A stretch of 64,000 nucleotides of DNA from Oceanispirochaeta sp. (GTDB lineage: Bacteria > Spirochaetota > Spirochaetia > DSM-2461). Positions within the stretch are counted from its first letter, which is position 1, and every line of letters begins with the position of its first letter. Positions 28,156 to 38,868 of the stretch are shown in pieces. A program made the position numbers and the translations under genes. Under the pieces are notes generated by a model. It was not told the DNA's origin. It made no database searches and worked only from the letters and a program-made list of their open reading frames with translations. The stretch is taken from the NCBI GenBank assembly GCA_963666275.2, contig CAXXOA010000003.1, positions 317,806 to 381,805 of the forward strand, given 5' to 3'.

Positions 28156-29888
28156 AAAGGCATTCAATTCATGATCTCTCCATCTCTCAGAGTATTCTGG
28201 CGGCAACTCTGATTATCGTTGTGGGAGTTCTTCTTTTTACAAGCATTGTCTACTATACCTCATTTTCCCGCCGAACCGATGCCCTTGTGGAGAGCCAGTC
28301 CCGTGAAATCAATAAACAGATTGTTCTGAACTATAAAAGCTATATTTCCAGTGTTCTTGAAACGGCCAACTATATCCTTTCGGGGTCAATCAACCTGGAT
28401 GCCCGGGATTCAATTGACTCTCTCCAGAGGCTCTATTCCTCCAGTATGGAGATAAAAAAGGATGTGGCTTCGATTTTTCTCTTCGACTCTCAGGGGAACC
28501 TTGTGCTGGGGAGTTTTCCCATTCCCAACGCCTGGGCGAACTTCTCCGGAGAAAACTGGTTCATCAATGCCAGAAACGAAAGGACCATCTTTCATTTCTC
28601 CCCTCCTCACGATATGGGTATCTTTTCCACAGAAGGGGAGGAGGTCATCTCTGTCTCCCGGCTTATCGAATACTCGGACGGGGGCGTCAGAAAGGAGGGG
28701 GTTCTTCTGATTGAACTGAACTTCAATACCCTTGCGGAACTGGCCGCCCAGACCAATCTGGGAAAAGGGGGGCATATCCTCATAATTGATGACAATGATT
28801 CCCTCCTCTACTCCTTCGGGGGAGATTCATTCAAAGCAATGGAAGAGAGCTACAGGCTGTCGGTAGAAAATCTCATGGGGGGATTCAAGGCCCTTATTGA
28901 CAGCAGAGAAATGTATATCAATATCAACACCCTGGCCCAGACCCGCTGGAGGATTGTGACTGTTTACAATATCAATGCCATTGCCGAAGCAAAGGACAGG
29001 ATGATTCTGATCATTTTTATGATGTTCCTTGTCAGTTTCTTCGTTACTGCTGTCATTGCCTACTGGATCTCCTACAGGATCACCCGTCCTCTCTATCAGC
29101 TTGAAAAAACAATGGAAAGGATCGAGAAAGGGGACTTTCACAGCAAGGTCGAGGTGTCCGGACAGAAAGAGATTGTTCTGCTGGCCGGGTCCTTCAACAG
29201 TATGATTGATGAAATCCGGACCCTTATGATTAAAGTCGTGGATGAACAGAGGGAGAAGAGGAAAACCGAGCTGAAGGCTCTGCAGAATCAGATCAATCCC
29301 CACTTCCTCTACAATACTCTGGATTCCATAGTCTGGCTGGCGGAAAATCAGAGGTCCCAGGATGTCATCAATACCGTGGTGGCTCTGGCCCGTTTCTTCA
29401 GAATCAGTATCTCCAAGGGGAAAAACTTCATCTCCGTGCGGAGTGAGATCGAACACATCAAAAACTACCTTACCATTCAGTCTATCCGGTATGTGGACAA
29501 GTTTACCTACAGTTTTGAGGTGGATGAGGATATTCTGGAAAAAAAGGTCATGAAGCTGATTCTTCAGCCTATTGTGGAAAATGCCATCTACCATGGAGTG
29601 GGAGAAGAGGACGGGTATATCTCCATTTCAGGCCGGCAGGAAGGCAATTTCCTCTATTTCTCTGTCACCAATTCGGGATACGGTCTGACCGATGAGCGAA
29701 TCGAAGAGATTCACAGGGTCCTGGAGGGAGGAGAGGGGGATACCGGAGTGGGGCTGAAGAATGTCTACCTCCGCCTGAAAATCTACTACGGAGACAAGGC
29801 GGATATCCTTTTCAGCAGCGAGCTGGATGAGTGGACCAGGGTTACCATAAAAATTCCTCTGGCAACCAGCGGGGGGAGCGGTTCATGA
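28152..29888 (+). CDS. Sensor histidine kinase (YesM/LytS-like; Cache, HAMP)
   Basis: Two TMs, HAMP, QINPHFLYNTL, LQPIVENA and GVGLKNV. Confidence 0.93.
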   Translation: MKRHSIHDLSISQSILAATLIIVVGVLLFTSIVYYTSFSRRTDALVESQSREINKQIVLNYKSYISSVLETANYILSGSINLDARDSIDSLQRLYSSSMEIKKDVASIFLFDSQGNLVLGSFPIPNAWANFSGENWFINARNERTIFHFSPPHDMGIFSTEGEEVISVSRLIEYSDGGVRKEGVLLIELNFNTLAELAAQTNLGKGGHILIIDDNDSLLYSFGGDSFKAMEESYRLSVENLMGGFKALIDSREMYININTLAQTRWRIVTVYNINAIAEAKDRMILIIFMMFLVSFFVTAVIAYWISYRITRPLYQLEKTMERIEKGDFHSKVEVSGQKEIVLLAGSFNSMIDEIRTLMIKVVDEQREKRKTELKALQNQINPHFLYNTLDSIVWLAENQRSQDVINTVVALARFFRISISKGKNFISVRSEIEHIKNYLTIQSIRYVDKFTYSFEVDEDILEKKVMKLILQPIVENAIYHGVGEEDGYISISGRQEGNFLYFSVTNSGYGLTDERIEEIHRVLEGGEGDTGVGLKNVYLRLKIYYGDKADILFSSELDEWTRVTIKIPLATSGGSGS

Positions 29889-30829
29889 AAAAAGGTATTC
29901 TGGCAGTTCTGTTTATGGTCCTTCTTGGCGGATGCGACAGCCGTTATATGCGGGTGGGATTGATACTCTATAATCTGGAAGATCCCTTTGTGGAGAGTTT
30001 TGCCGAAAAAATTCAGGAGGAAGCCTCGGGGAAGATGATCCTGGATGTCTATGATTCCCAGAACTCCCAGATCCTTCAGAATGAGTATATAGAAACTCTT
30101 CTGAAAGAGGATCCGGACCTGGTGGTTCTGAACCCTGTTGACCGTCTGGGAGTCTATCCCATTATCCGGAAGCTGAAAAAGGAGAATATTCCTGTTATCT
30201 TTTTCAACAGGGAGCCCCTTGTCAAGGACATGAAACTCTGGAACAGAGCCTATTATGTGGGAGCCCTGGCGGAACAGTCCGGGCAGATGCAGGCCCAGCT
30301 GATTATGGACTTTTTCGGTGGTGATCCTGACAATCTGAATGAGAATGATCTGAATGGAGACAATGCGATTCAGGCTGTTATTATGAAAGGAGAGCAGGGC
30401 CATCAGGATGCGGAAATCCGGACCTCTGAGGTCATCCGGGCTTTTAAAACAGCCGGTTACAATCTGGACCTGCTGGAGATCGTCGGAGCCAACTGGAACC
30501 GAATTGAGGCATACGAAAGGGCCGGAGAGATTCTGGATAACTACGGTGGCCGACTGGAAGCGGTCCTTTCCAATAATGATGCCATGGCCCTTGGCTTTAT
30601 AGAGAGAATGCTTGTCGAACAGGGACAGATAGATATTCCCGTAGTGGGAATCGACGGAATAGATGTGGCTGTGAATCAGATCAAGGAGGGCAACCTTTAC
30701 GGGACTGTTCTGAATGACTCGGAAGCCCAGGCCAAAGCCATTATGGATCTGGCCCGGGCTATTCTCAGCGGATACCCGCCGGAAGAGCAGTATATCTGGG
30801 TGAACTATCAGCCTTTCAGTCTCGAATAA
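29885..30829 (+). CDS. Galactose/glucose-binding-like lipoprotein (MglB paralog, probable kinase accessory)
   Basis: Lipobox LGGC with KGEQGHQDA and NNDAMALG. Overlaps the kinase stop (ATGA). Confidence 0.85.
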   Translation: MKKGILAVLFMVLLGGCDSRYMRVGLILYNLEDPFVESFAEKIQEEASGKMILDVYDSQNSQILQNEYIETLLKEDPDLVVLNPVDRLGVYPIIRKLKKENIPVIFFNREPLVKDMKLWNRAYYVGALAEQSGQMQAQLIMDFFGGDPDNLNENDLNGDNAIQAVIMKGEQGHQDAEIRTSEVIRAFKTAGYNLDLLEIVGANWNRIEAYERAGEILDNYGGRLEAVLSNNDAMALGFIERMLVEQGQIDIPVVGIDGIDVAVNQIKEGNLYGTVLNDSEAQAKAIMDLARAILSGYPPEEQYIWVNYQPFSLE

Positions 30830-31029
30830 TCAGAATATATCCCCGGATTTCTCTGTTTTCGGTCAATAACCCAACCAAAAGAATCTTATATCGAAAAATC
30901 CTAATAAAGCCTGATTTATTAGAAAATCTTATAAATATTGAAGAAAATATCACATTGTGGTCTCCCGGATCGGTGCTAGACTGGATTCATAACCATGAAA
31001 AAAACACGGTTAAAGGAGATGTAATTTTT

Positions 31030-32046
31030 ATGAAAAGAAGTGTAATTCTTATTGCTATGATCGCACTGATGGTGCTCCCTTTCGGTCTTTTCGCAGAAGG
31101 TCAGAAAGATGATGGAAAAATCGTAATCGGTGCCAACATCTATAGCTTCGCAGACAACTTTATGAATGGTGTTATGAAGCCCGAGCTGGAAAGATATGCC
31201 AAAGAAAAAGGTGTAGAAATTCAGGTTGTCGACTCTGAAGGACAGCAGGCAATTCTGAACAATCAGATTGACGTTTTCATTACCAAAAAAGTGGATGTTC
31301 TTGCGATCAACCTGGTAGACCCCGCTTCTGCCCAGTCTGTTATTGAAAAAGCAAAAAAAGCTGACATCCCCCTGATCCTTTTCAACAAGGAAGGTTCAAA
31401 AGAAGCCATGGCTTCCTACGATAAAGTCTGGTATGTGGGAACCAACTCAGCCGAGTCCGGAATTATCCAGGGCGAAATGATGGTTGCCGACTGGAACGCA
31501 CACCCCGAATGGGATAAAAACGGCGACGGTGCTGTACAGTATGTTCTTCTTAAAGGTGAACCCGGACATCCCGATGCGGAAGCCAGAACAAGAGAATCTG
31601 TAAAAGCCTTTGTTGATGCGGGAATCGAAGTTGATCAGCTGGCTCTTGAAGCTGACCCCAACTGGTCTACCCAGCACGGTAATGACAAAATGGCTGCATG
31701 GCTCACATCTTCTTTCGGAAAAGATATTGAGCTTGTTATCTGTAACAACGACGGTATGGCTTTCGGTGCAATCACCGCTATGAAAGCTGCCGGTGTAAGA
31801 CTCCCCATCTACGGTGTTGACGCTCTGGCTCAGGCTCTGACTCACATCGAAGACGGCGAACTGGACGGAACAGTTCTGAACGACGGTGTAAACCAGTCCA
31901 GAGCCACTGTTGATCTGGCTATCAACGCTGCCATGGGTAAAGATGTTGTTGCCGGTACCGGTTGGACTCTGACTACTGACGGAACAAAAGCGGTTCGCGT
32001 ACCCTACGTTGCCGTTACTCCCGATAACTACGAGGATTTCCGCTAG
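31030..32046 (+). CDS. mglB: Galactose/glucose ABC transporter substrate-binding protein
   Basis: AINLVDP, FNKE, LKGEPGHPDAEART, NNDGMA and GTVLND motifs. Confidence 0.9.
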   Translation: MKRSVILIAMIALMVLPFGLFAEGQKDDGKIVIGANIYSFADNFMNGVMKPELERYAKEKGVEIQVVDSEGQQAILNNQIDVFITKKVDVLAINLVDPASAQSVIEKAKKADIPLILFNKEGSKEAMASYDKVWYVGTNSAESGIIQGEMMVADWNAHPEWDKNGDGAVQYVLLKGEPGHPDAEARTRESVKAFVDAGIEVDQLALEADPNWSTQHGNDKMAAWLTSSFGKDIELVICNNDGMAFGAITAMKAAGVRLPIYGVDALAQALTHIEDGELDGTVLNDGVNQSRATVDLAINAAMGKDVVAGTGWTLTTDGTKAVRVPYVAVTPDNYEDFR

Positions 32047-32080
32047 GAAATACGGCCCGTAAAAGGGACTGTTAACTGGA

Positions 32081-32113
32081 AAATGGCTGGCTCTACGGAG
32101 CCGGTCATTTTTT
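32081..32113 (+). terminator. Hairpin or terminator after mglB
   Basis: AAATGGCTGGCTC-TACG-GAGCCGGTCATTT followed by Ts. Confidence 0.7.
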
Positions 32114-32211
32114 ATCATAGATTACGGCTGCCTGTATCCTCCTTAAAAGGGATTCTGCATGCCGGGTAATATGTGAATTATCGTGCCGTGGCGCGAAGAG
32201 AGGTTATTCTT

Positions 32212-33735
32212 TTGCAGGAAGAATTTTTATTAAGAATTAAAAATGTCTGTAAGGCGTTTTCGGGTGTTCGGGTTCTGAAGCATGTGAACCTGGATGTAAG
32301 GCCCGGATCCGTACACGCTCTTATGGGTGAAAACGGAGCCGGAAAATCCACTCTGATGAAATGCCTCTTCGGCATTTATATTCAGGATGAAGGGCAGTTT
32401 TTTCTGGAAGGGCAGGAGTATAACTTCCAGGATCCCAAACATGCTCTGGAAAACGGAGTCTCCATGGTACATCAGGAACTCAATCAGGTTGTTCAACGTA
32501 CCATTACGGATAATATATGGCTGGGCCGTTATCCGAAGAAAGGGGTTTTTGTCGACGAGAAAAAGATGCACAAAGACACGAAGGCCCTGTTTGACCGCCT
32601 TGGTATCCATCTGGATCCCAATACCTATCTGAACAAACTCTCTGTTTCTCAGAGACAGATGGTGGAAATAGCCAAAGCGGTTTCCTATGATGCGAAAATT
32701 ATCGTACTGGATGAGCCTACATCTTCATTGACAGACAACGAAGTCAAAAAGCTTTTTGACATTATCAGTGTCCTCAAAAATGAAGGCGTGGGAGTTGTCT
32801 ATATTTCTCATAAAATGGAAGAAATCTTTGAGATCTGTGATGAAGTGACCGTCCTGAGAGACGGTGAGTATATCGGAACAGAAAAAATCAAAGATATAGA
32901 TATGGAAAAGATCGTCAATATGATGGTCGGAAGAAACCTGGAAGAGAGATTCCCTCCCAAAACAAATGAGCCCGGCGGGGTTCATATGACTGTGAAGAAT
33001 CTTTCCACCATGTACGCTCCCTTTGTCAGAGATGTGAACTTTGAACTGAGAAAGGGGGAAATCCTGGGGGTAGCCGGTCTTGTCGGTGCGGGAAGAACGG
33101 AAATGGTCGAAGCTATTTTCGGAGCCCGGACGCTGCTGAGCGGTGAAATCTTCATAGACGGCAAAAAAATTGATAACTCCACCCCTCACAAAGCGATCAA
33201 TAACCGGTTTGCCCTTTTAACCGAGGAGCGTCGTGAAACGGGAATCTATCCCATCGCAGACATTACATTCAACTCAACTATCTCCAATGTGAACTCCTAT
33301 AAAAACAGGTTCGGCTGGCTTCTGGACCGGAAGATGCAGAGTGATACGGATAAGCAGATCCAGAATATGCGGATCAAGACTCCCAACAGAAGAGAACTTA
33401 TCCGGTCTCTCAGCGGTGGAAACCAGCAGAAAGTTATCATTGGCCGCTGGCTTCTGACCAACCCGGATATTCTGCTTCTTGATGAACCCACAAGGGGAAT
33501 CGATGTGGGAGCAAAGTTCGAAATCTATCAGCTGATTATCGACCTTGCCAGAAGCGGAAAATCTGTGATCGTTGTTTCATCGGAAATGCCTGAGCTGCTT
33601 GGTATTACCAACAGAATCATGGTTATGAGCAACGGAAGGGTTTCGGGAATTGTGAATACCGATGAAACAACCCAGACAGAGATCTTCAATCTGTCTGCAA
33701 AATATTTGAATAATAATAAAGAGGCGGAAGTATGA
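32212..33735 (+). CDS. mglA: Galactose ABC transporter ATP-binding protein (double ABC)
   Basis: [26 protein letters not shown] and [15 protein letters not shown] start after AGAGG; an alternative start is 32173. Confidence 0.9.
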   Translation: MQEEFLLRIKNVCKAFSGVRVLKHVNLDVRPGSVHALMGENGAGKSTLMKCLFGIYIQDEGQFFLEGQEYNFQDPKHALENGVSMVHQELNQVVQRTITDNIWLGRYPKKGVFVDEKKMHKDTKALFDRLGIHLDPNTYLNKLSVSQRQMVEIAKAVSYDAKIIVLDEPTSSLTDNEVKKLFDIISVLKNEGVGVVYISHKMEEIFEICDEVTVLRDGEYIGTEKIKDIDMEKIVNMMVGRNLEERFPPKTNEPGGVHMTVKNLSTMYAPFVRDVNFELRKGEILGVAGLVGAGRTEMVEAIFGARTLLSGEIFIDGKKIDNSTPHKAINNRFALLTEERRETGIYPIADITFNSTISNVNSYKNRFGWLLDRKMQSDTDKQIQNMRIKTPNRRELIRSLSGGNQQKVIIGRWLLTNPDILLLDEPTRGIDVGAKFEIYQLIIDLARSGKSVIVVSSEMPELLGITNRIMVMSNGRVSGIVNTDETTQTEIFNLSAKYLNNNKEAEV

Positions 33736-34766
33736 TAAGTTCTGAAAGAGAGAACCTCTTCAGTGTCAGAAAGACAAAAGAAGAGTGGAAAGACTTTTTT
33801 ATCAATAATGCAATATACATTGTAATTGCCGTAATCATTATGATCATTGTCATCAGCGAACCGGCATTCGTATCCTGGGCTGTTCTGAAAAATATACTCA
33901 CCCAGTCTTCGGTCCGGCTGATACTGGCTTTTGGTGTTGCCGGAATCATTATCCTTCAGGGAACAGACCTTTCTCTGGGGAGAATGGTGGGATTTGCCGC
34001 GGTTATTTCGGCGTCTCTGCTCCAGAGGCCTGATTATCCCTCAAGGTTCTATCCGGATATGGTTCAGCTGCCTCTGTTCGTACCCCTTCTGGCTGCCATC
34101 GCCGCCTGTGCGTTCTTCTCCATGATCAACGGATGGGTGGTTGCCACCTTCAAGATTCACCCCTTCCTGGCAACCATGGGTATGATGATTACCCTCTATG
34201 GTATCCTCTCCATCTATTTTGCATCCGGAGCTCCCGGCCCCCAGCCTATCGGCGGTCATGACAACCGTTACGTGGATCTGATCAACGGACAGGTTCTGGG
34301 TATACCCAATCTGGTCCTTTTTGCGGCGGCCGCAAGCATTGTCATGTGGGTCCTCTGGAACAAAACCACATTCGGAAAGAACATGTATGCCGTCGGCGGA
34401 AATCCGGAAGCGGCCAAAGTATCCGGAGTTAATGTTACAAAGACCTTCCTTCTGGTTTACCTACTGGCCGGTGTTATGTACGGACTGGGCGGGTATCTGG
34501 AAGCGGCCCGTATCGGAAGTGCCAATAACGGGACCGGATTCGGTTATGAGCTTGATGCCATCGCGGCCTGTGTTGTCGGTGGTATCTCCTTCAGCGGCGG
34601 TGTCGGTAAAGTTTCCGGAGCCATCGTTGGTGTTCTGATGTTTACGATCATCAGTTACGGTATGACCTTTATGGGACTGGATCAGTACTATCAGTACATC
34701 ATCAAGGGTGTGCTGATTGTCGTGGCTGTCTCTTTGGATACCAAAAAATATCTTAAAAAAGTCTGA
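33732..34766 (+). CDS. mglC: Galactose ABC transporter permease
   Basis: [19 protein letters not shown] and [13 protein letters not shown]. Confidence 0.9.
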   Translation: MISSERENLFSVRKTKEEWKDFFINNAIYIVIAVIIMIIVISEPAFVSWAVLKNILTQSSVRLILAFGVAGIIILQGTDLSLGRMVGFAAVISASLLQRPDYPSRFYPDMVQLPLFVPLLAAIAACAFFSMINGWVVATFKIHPFLATMGMMITLYGILSIYFASGAPGPQPIGGHDNRYVDLINGQVLGIPNLVLFAAAASIVMWVLWNKTTFGKNMYAVGGNPEAAKVSGVNVTKTFLLVYLLAGVMYGLGGYLEAARIGSANNGTGFGYELDAIAACVVGGISFSGGVGKVSGAIVGVLMFTIISYGMTFMGLDQYYQYIIKGVLIVVAVSLDTKKYLKKV

Positions 34767-34806
34767 TTCCTTTACTCCTTTTGGGATCGGAGTTTATTTT
34801 GTTACT

Positions 34807-34841
34807 ATAGAGCCGTTCATTCTGAACGGCTCTATTTTTTT
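34807..34841 (+). terminator. Intrinsic terminator of the mgl operon
   Basis: ATAGAGCCGTTCA/TGAACGGCTCTAT 13-bp stem followed by a T-run. Confidence 0.85.
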
Positions 34842-34908
34842 GCTCCTTTGAAAGGGGGTTTTTAAAAAGGAAATGATCCTCGGGTATGCGACAGGGGAGG
34901 GGGCCTGA

Positions 34909-35379
34909 TCAGGAGGCCGTAAAGGTTTCCATAAGCTCGGTATAGATCCTTTCCAGGAGAGGGCTGGTCCGGCTCTCTATGCCTCCTTCTGAGAGAACAT
35001 CGCTCCTCTCCTTTCTGAACCAGCTGTATAGACCTGCAGCTCCCTTTGAGGGAGAACCGGAATTGCTGGCAATCGTATAAAGAGCTTTGATTTCATGTCT
35101 ATCCATAAAAAGCTTGGCTTTTCCTATCCTGATATTGAAATACCCCGGCTTTTCAAGCTGCTCAATGAACACTTCCGGGCCGGAAGGTCCAGGCTTTTCC
35201 CTTTCAGGAGAATTTCCGGATTTTTTCTGTTTTTTCATGAGGGCCTCATTGGCGGTCTCCACTTCCTGATTGTAGATCAGAACAGAAGCCTGTTCCTTCA
35301 GGAATGTCAGGCCCTCTGGAGAGATCTTTTCAAGCAGTTCTGAAATTTCAGCTATCAGTGCCTTTTTCTTCTTGTCCAT
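34909..35379 (-). CDS. Hypothetical protein
   Basis: 156 aa ORF filling the gap. Extended -10 (TGcTATATT) lies 6 nt before the ATG. Confidence 0.75.
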   Translation of the reverse strand: MDKKKKALIAEISELLEKISPEGLTFLKEQASVLIYNQEVETANEALMKKQKKSGNSPEREKPGPSGPEVFIEQLEKPGYFNIRIGKAKLFMDRHEIKALYTIASNSGSPSKGAAGLYSWFRKERSDVLSEGGIESRTSPLLERIYTELMETFTAS

Positions 35380-35454
35380 CTCATAAATATAGCACCTGAG
35401 TGCAGGAATTCCAGTTGTTGCAACTTATACTGCAGGATGGCTATACTCAAGTTC

Positions 35455-36918
35455 ATGAAGGACTCCCGGGACACCCCTCTTTTACAGATAGAAAACTACT
35501 CTTTTACCTATCCCTCCTATCCCGGACTACCTTCCAGTCCCCTTTTTCAGGAGATGAATTTTACCCTGAACCGGGGAGAGTTCTGGGTCATCCTGGGAAA
35601 TCCCGAATGCGGGAAATCAACACTCAGCCGCTGTCTGACAGGCCTCTATCCCGGGTTTACCAGGGCTGAGACGGAAGGGCGGATCCTTCTGGACGGAGAG
35701 AACATCACGGACCGTTCGGCCTGCGACTGGATCGAAAGGGTTGGGATTGTCCTGCAGGGACCGGATGAGCAGATAGTCTCTTCCCGCTGTGATGATGAAA
35801 CGGCTTTTGCCCTGGAGTCTCTGGGCCTGCCACCCGCAGAGATCCGGTCCCGGATGGAGAGGGCGTTCCGCCGTTTTTCTGTCACCTGGCCTGCCAACCG
35901 GGATCCATTGAGTCTTTCGGGAGGAGAGAAGAAAAGGCTCCTTCTGGCAGGCCTGGCCATGCAGGATCCGGATCTGTGGATCCTGGATGAAACCCTGGAT
36001 GAACTGGACAGGGACAGCCGCTCCGCTCTACTTGTGGAATTACTGCGTCTGACTGCCGAGGAGGGCAAGGGGATCCTCCTGTTCGCCTCGAAATACAGTG
36101 ATGTTTTTGCTTCTCCGGAAATCCGGATGGCCATCCTGGATAAGGGGCGTCTTCTGCCTCTGGAAAGCCCGGAGGATTCTCACGGTCTTCTGAAAAGCCG
36201 GGGTCTTATGACCGAAGAGGATCTTAGTGTTCTCGGGACCCTCCCGGAATCCGGCCATTCCCGCAATTTCCTGGAACTGGAGGACCTCCGCTATACCTAT
36301 CCGGGAAATCCTGATTTCTCGCTCCGGATCCAATCCTTTTCCATACCTCCCGGGTCGGTCACCCTTTTATCCGGGCCCAACGGCTGCGGGAAGTCCACTC
36401 TTGCCAGGCTGCTCTGCGGGATTCTCGAGCCGGATGCCGGCCATATTCTCGTTGAAGGGAAGAGAGCGGACCGTTCTCTGCTGAACAGGTATTGCGGATA
36501 CCTGTTTCAGAATCCCGACTATCAGCTCTTCCTTCCTACCGTTGCGGATGAACTGGCCCTGGGGCTGAAGCACTCAAGGTATTCCCGTCAGGAGAAGCTG
36601 GATATGATTGACCGGGGAGTCTCTCTTTTCCGTCTCCCCGGTAGGGATGCCCCCCCTTCTCTGATGAGTTACGGCGCCCGGAAACGGCTTCAGGGGGCCA
36701 TCTATTCTCTACTGGAAAAGAGAGTTTATATTCTGGATGAAGCGGATGTGGGCCTGAACTTTACAGACTATGAACTCCTGACGGGAGAACTTAAAAAGAG
36801 GGGAGCCGCTCTGGTTATTATTTCCCATAATAGGGAGCTTCACTCGGATGAACATGTGAGGATCTATCAGATGGCAGAAGGACGGCTCCTTTCTGTTTCC
36901 GGAGGGGCTGCAGAATGA
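35455..36918 (+). CDS. ECF transporter fused double ATPase (A-A')
   Basis: Two NBDs (GNPECGKS/LSGGEKKR; GPNGCGKS/FQNPDYQ/MSYGARKR). The start could be 35455 or 35437. Confidence 0.88.
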   Translation: MKDSRDTPLLQIENYSFTYPSYPGLPSSPLFQEMNFTLNRGEFWVILGNPECGKSTLSRCLTGLYPGFTRAETEGRILLDGENITDRSACDWIERVGIVLQGPDEQIVSSRCDDETAFALESLGLPPAEIRSRMERAFRRFSVTWPANRDPLSLSGGEKKRLLLAGLAMQDPDLWILDETLDELDRDSRSALLVELLRLTAEEGKGILLFASKYSDVFASPEIRMAILDKGRLLPLESPEDSHGLLKSRGLMTEEDLSVLGTLPESGHSRNFLELEDLRYTYPGNPDFSLRIQSFSIPPGSVTLLSGPNGCGKSTLARLLCGILEPDAGHILVEGKRADRSLLNRYCGYLFQNPDYQLFLPTVADELALGLKHSRYSRQEKLDMIDRGVSLFRLPGRDAPPSLMSYGARKRLQGAIYSLLEKRVYILDEADVGLNFTDYELLTGELKKRGAALVIISHNRELHSDEHVRIYQMAEGRLLSVSGGAAE

Positions 36919-37694
36919 TCGATACCCTTTTTGTCAGAAAAAAAACGCTGCTCCACCGTTATGACTGCCGTCTGAAGCTTATCTTGCTGCCGGTTTTCGT
37001 CATCTACTACTTTCTGCCCCTTTCGCTGAGCTTTCCGGCAGGGCTTCTGGTCCTGTCTTTCCTGACCGCCACGCTTGCTCTGGGTTTAAGGGATGCGGTT
37101 CTTCCCGTAAGAATGATTTTTCCCCTGCTTGTGCTGATTCTGATACTGACACCCCTTTTTCATCGAGAGGGGGAGGTCCTCTGGCGTATGGGGGGAACCA
37201 CGGTACTCACCCTGTCGGGCCTGGAGGAAACAGCCCTCTATCTGGTCCGCTTCACAGGGATCACAATGACCTTTTTCCTTCTCTTCCGAACCACCTCTAT
37301 GGAGGATCTTCTGCTGGGGCTCCGCTGGTTCCGTCTGCCCTTCATTATGACCCTTGTCATCTCAGTGGCCCTCCGGTATATCCCCCACCTGGCCGGCCTC
37401 TTCAATCAGGTGAAAACAGCCCACTCTCTCAGATGCGGTCTGGGGGATCCCCCTGTAAGATCAGGGTGGCTGCGCCGGTTCCGCAATCTTTTTCCCATTC
37501 TGGTGTCCCTGATGATTCAGAGTGTGAAAACCATTCCCTCCCTCACTATGGCTCTGGAACTGAAAGGAGTGGGCAGGGATAACCCGAGAACGGCTTTCAG
37601 GAAGCTCCCGTCCCCGGAATGGCGGACTTTTCAGATCATACTGACAGTCAGTATACTTGTCCTTGTGTGTACAACTTTGCTACTATGGCTGTAA
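36915..37694 (+). CDS. ECF transporter transmembrane component T (CbiQ/EcfT)
   Basis: LHRYDCRLK, ALRYIP, AHSLR and ALELKG motifs. Confidence 0.88.
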   Translation: MIDTLFVRKKTLLHRYDCRLKLILLPVFVIYYFLPLSLSFPAGLLVLSFLTATLALGLRDAVLPVRMIFPLLVLILILTPLFHREGEVLWRMGGTTVLTLSGLEETALYLVRFTGITMTFFLLFRTTSMEDLLLGLRWFRLPFIMTLVISVALRYIPHLAGLFNQVKTAHSLRCGLGDPPVRSGWLRRFRNLFPILVSLMIQSVKTIPSLTMALELKGVGRDNPRTAFRKLPSPEWRTFQIILTVSILVLVCTTLLLWL

Positions 37695-37717
37695 TTTTTT
37701 TCACACTGGAGAGATAA

Positions 37718-38266
37718 ATGGCGAAGTCGAACAGTTCTTCCAAGCAGAAACTGGCTTTTAGAATTGCATCTATAGCTGTACTAACAGCAGTGACCACAGT
37801 ATTTACCATGATAATCCGGATCCCTGTAACACCCACAAGAGGGTATATCAATCTGGGGGATGTGGCGATCTTTTTCACAGCCCTGACATTCGGTCCCTTC
37901 ACAGCCCTGGCTGCCGGCGGTCTCGGTACTGCTCTGGCTGATATCCTGGGCGGCTATGCCCAGTGGGCTCCCATTACATTCTTTGCCCACGGCGTTCAGG
38001 GTCTTGTCATAGGATTTATCTTCAAAATGGTAAAAAAAGAGAAAGCCGCCGGGTTTATGCTGAGTCTTTTCTTCTCTTTTCTGCTGGGAACCCTGATTAT
38101 GGCGGGAACCTATTTTTTAACGGGAGGCCTGATGTACGGCTTCGGTGCGGCTGCTACAGAAATTCCAGGAAATATCCTGCAGAATGTTGCCGGTGTTGTG
38201 ATAGGAACACCCCTGTTTTTTGCTGTAAAAAAAGCCTATCCCCCGATCGAGGGATTCAACTGGTAA
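37718..38266 (+). CDS. ECF transporter S component
   Basis: RGYINLGD, GLGTALAD..GYAQWAP and PGNILQ motifs. Confidence 0.9.
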   Translation: MAKSNSSSKQKLAFRIASIAVLTAVTTVFTMIIRIPVTPTRGYINLGDVAIFFTALTFGPFTALAAGGLGTALADILGGYAQWAPITFFAHGVQGLVIGFIFKMVKKEKAAGFMLSLFFSFLLGTLIMAGTYFLTGGLMYGFGAAATEIPGNILQNVAGVVIGTPLFFAVKKAYPPIEGFNW

Positions 38267-38325
38267 TCAAAAGCCCCCCAGTGCGTCTGCTTCAGGGGGG
38301 CCGCTGATCCGAAGGATCCTTTGTA

Positions 38326-38787
38326 TTACTGCATCTTCATCAGGGTTTCATAATGCACCCCGTTGTCCTTATCAATAATCAGAGTCATATCCCTGTTGGT
38401 CACACCTTTTACAAATTCATAGGACCTTGCTGTTTCTGCAGTGCGGAACTTGAGAGTCACGCCATTTGCGCTTCCGGCAATATCAAACCCTTCCATTTTA
38501 TCCTTGAAATCGAAAATCAGTTCTCCCTCTTTGAAGAGCTGAATATTCCCGCTTGAGAATGACCAGATAGCATCGTAGTTGGCATCCAGCCACTTCCCTA
38601 CAGGGAAATTCCCCGTATCGGGCATCTCCATCTCGGGCACTTCCATCTCCGGAACATCGACTTCAGGGACTTCTGTCTCTGGAACCTCCACGTCCGGGAG
38701 GTCCGTACCGCCCAGATTCAGATTCTGGGCCGAAACAAAAGACAGGCTTAAAAGCAAAATAGGAAATATCAAAAAAATCTTTTTCAA
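38326..38787 (-). CDS. Exported hypothetical protein with an acidic Pro-rich pentapeptide repeat linker
   Basis: TTG start after AGGAGGA, signal peptide, and LPDVE-VPETE-VPEVD-VPEME-VPEME-MPD repeats. Confidence 0.75.
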   Translation of the reverse strand: MKKIFLIFPILLLSLSFVSAQNLNLGGTDLPDVEVPETEVPEVDVPEMEVPEMEMPDTGNFPVGKWLDANYDAIWSFSSGNIQLFKEGELIFDFKDKMEGFDIAGSANGVTLKFRTAETARSYEFVKGVTNRDMTLIIDKDNGVHYETLMKMQ

Positions 38788-38868
38788 GTGACTCCTCCTG
38801 AAACTTGTCATATCCCTCAATTTTAGGAGCTGCCGGAAAAAAAATCCATTTATTCCGGCAATATGCTT

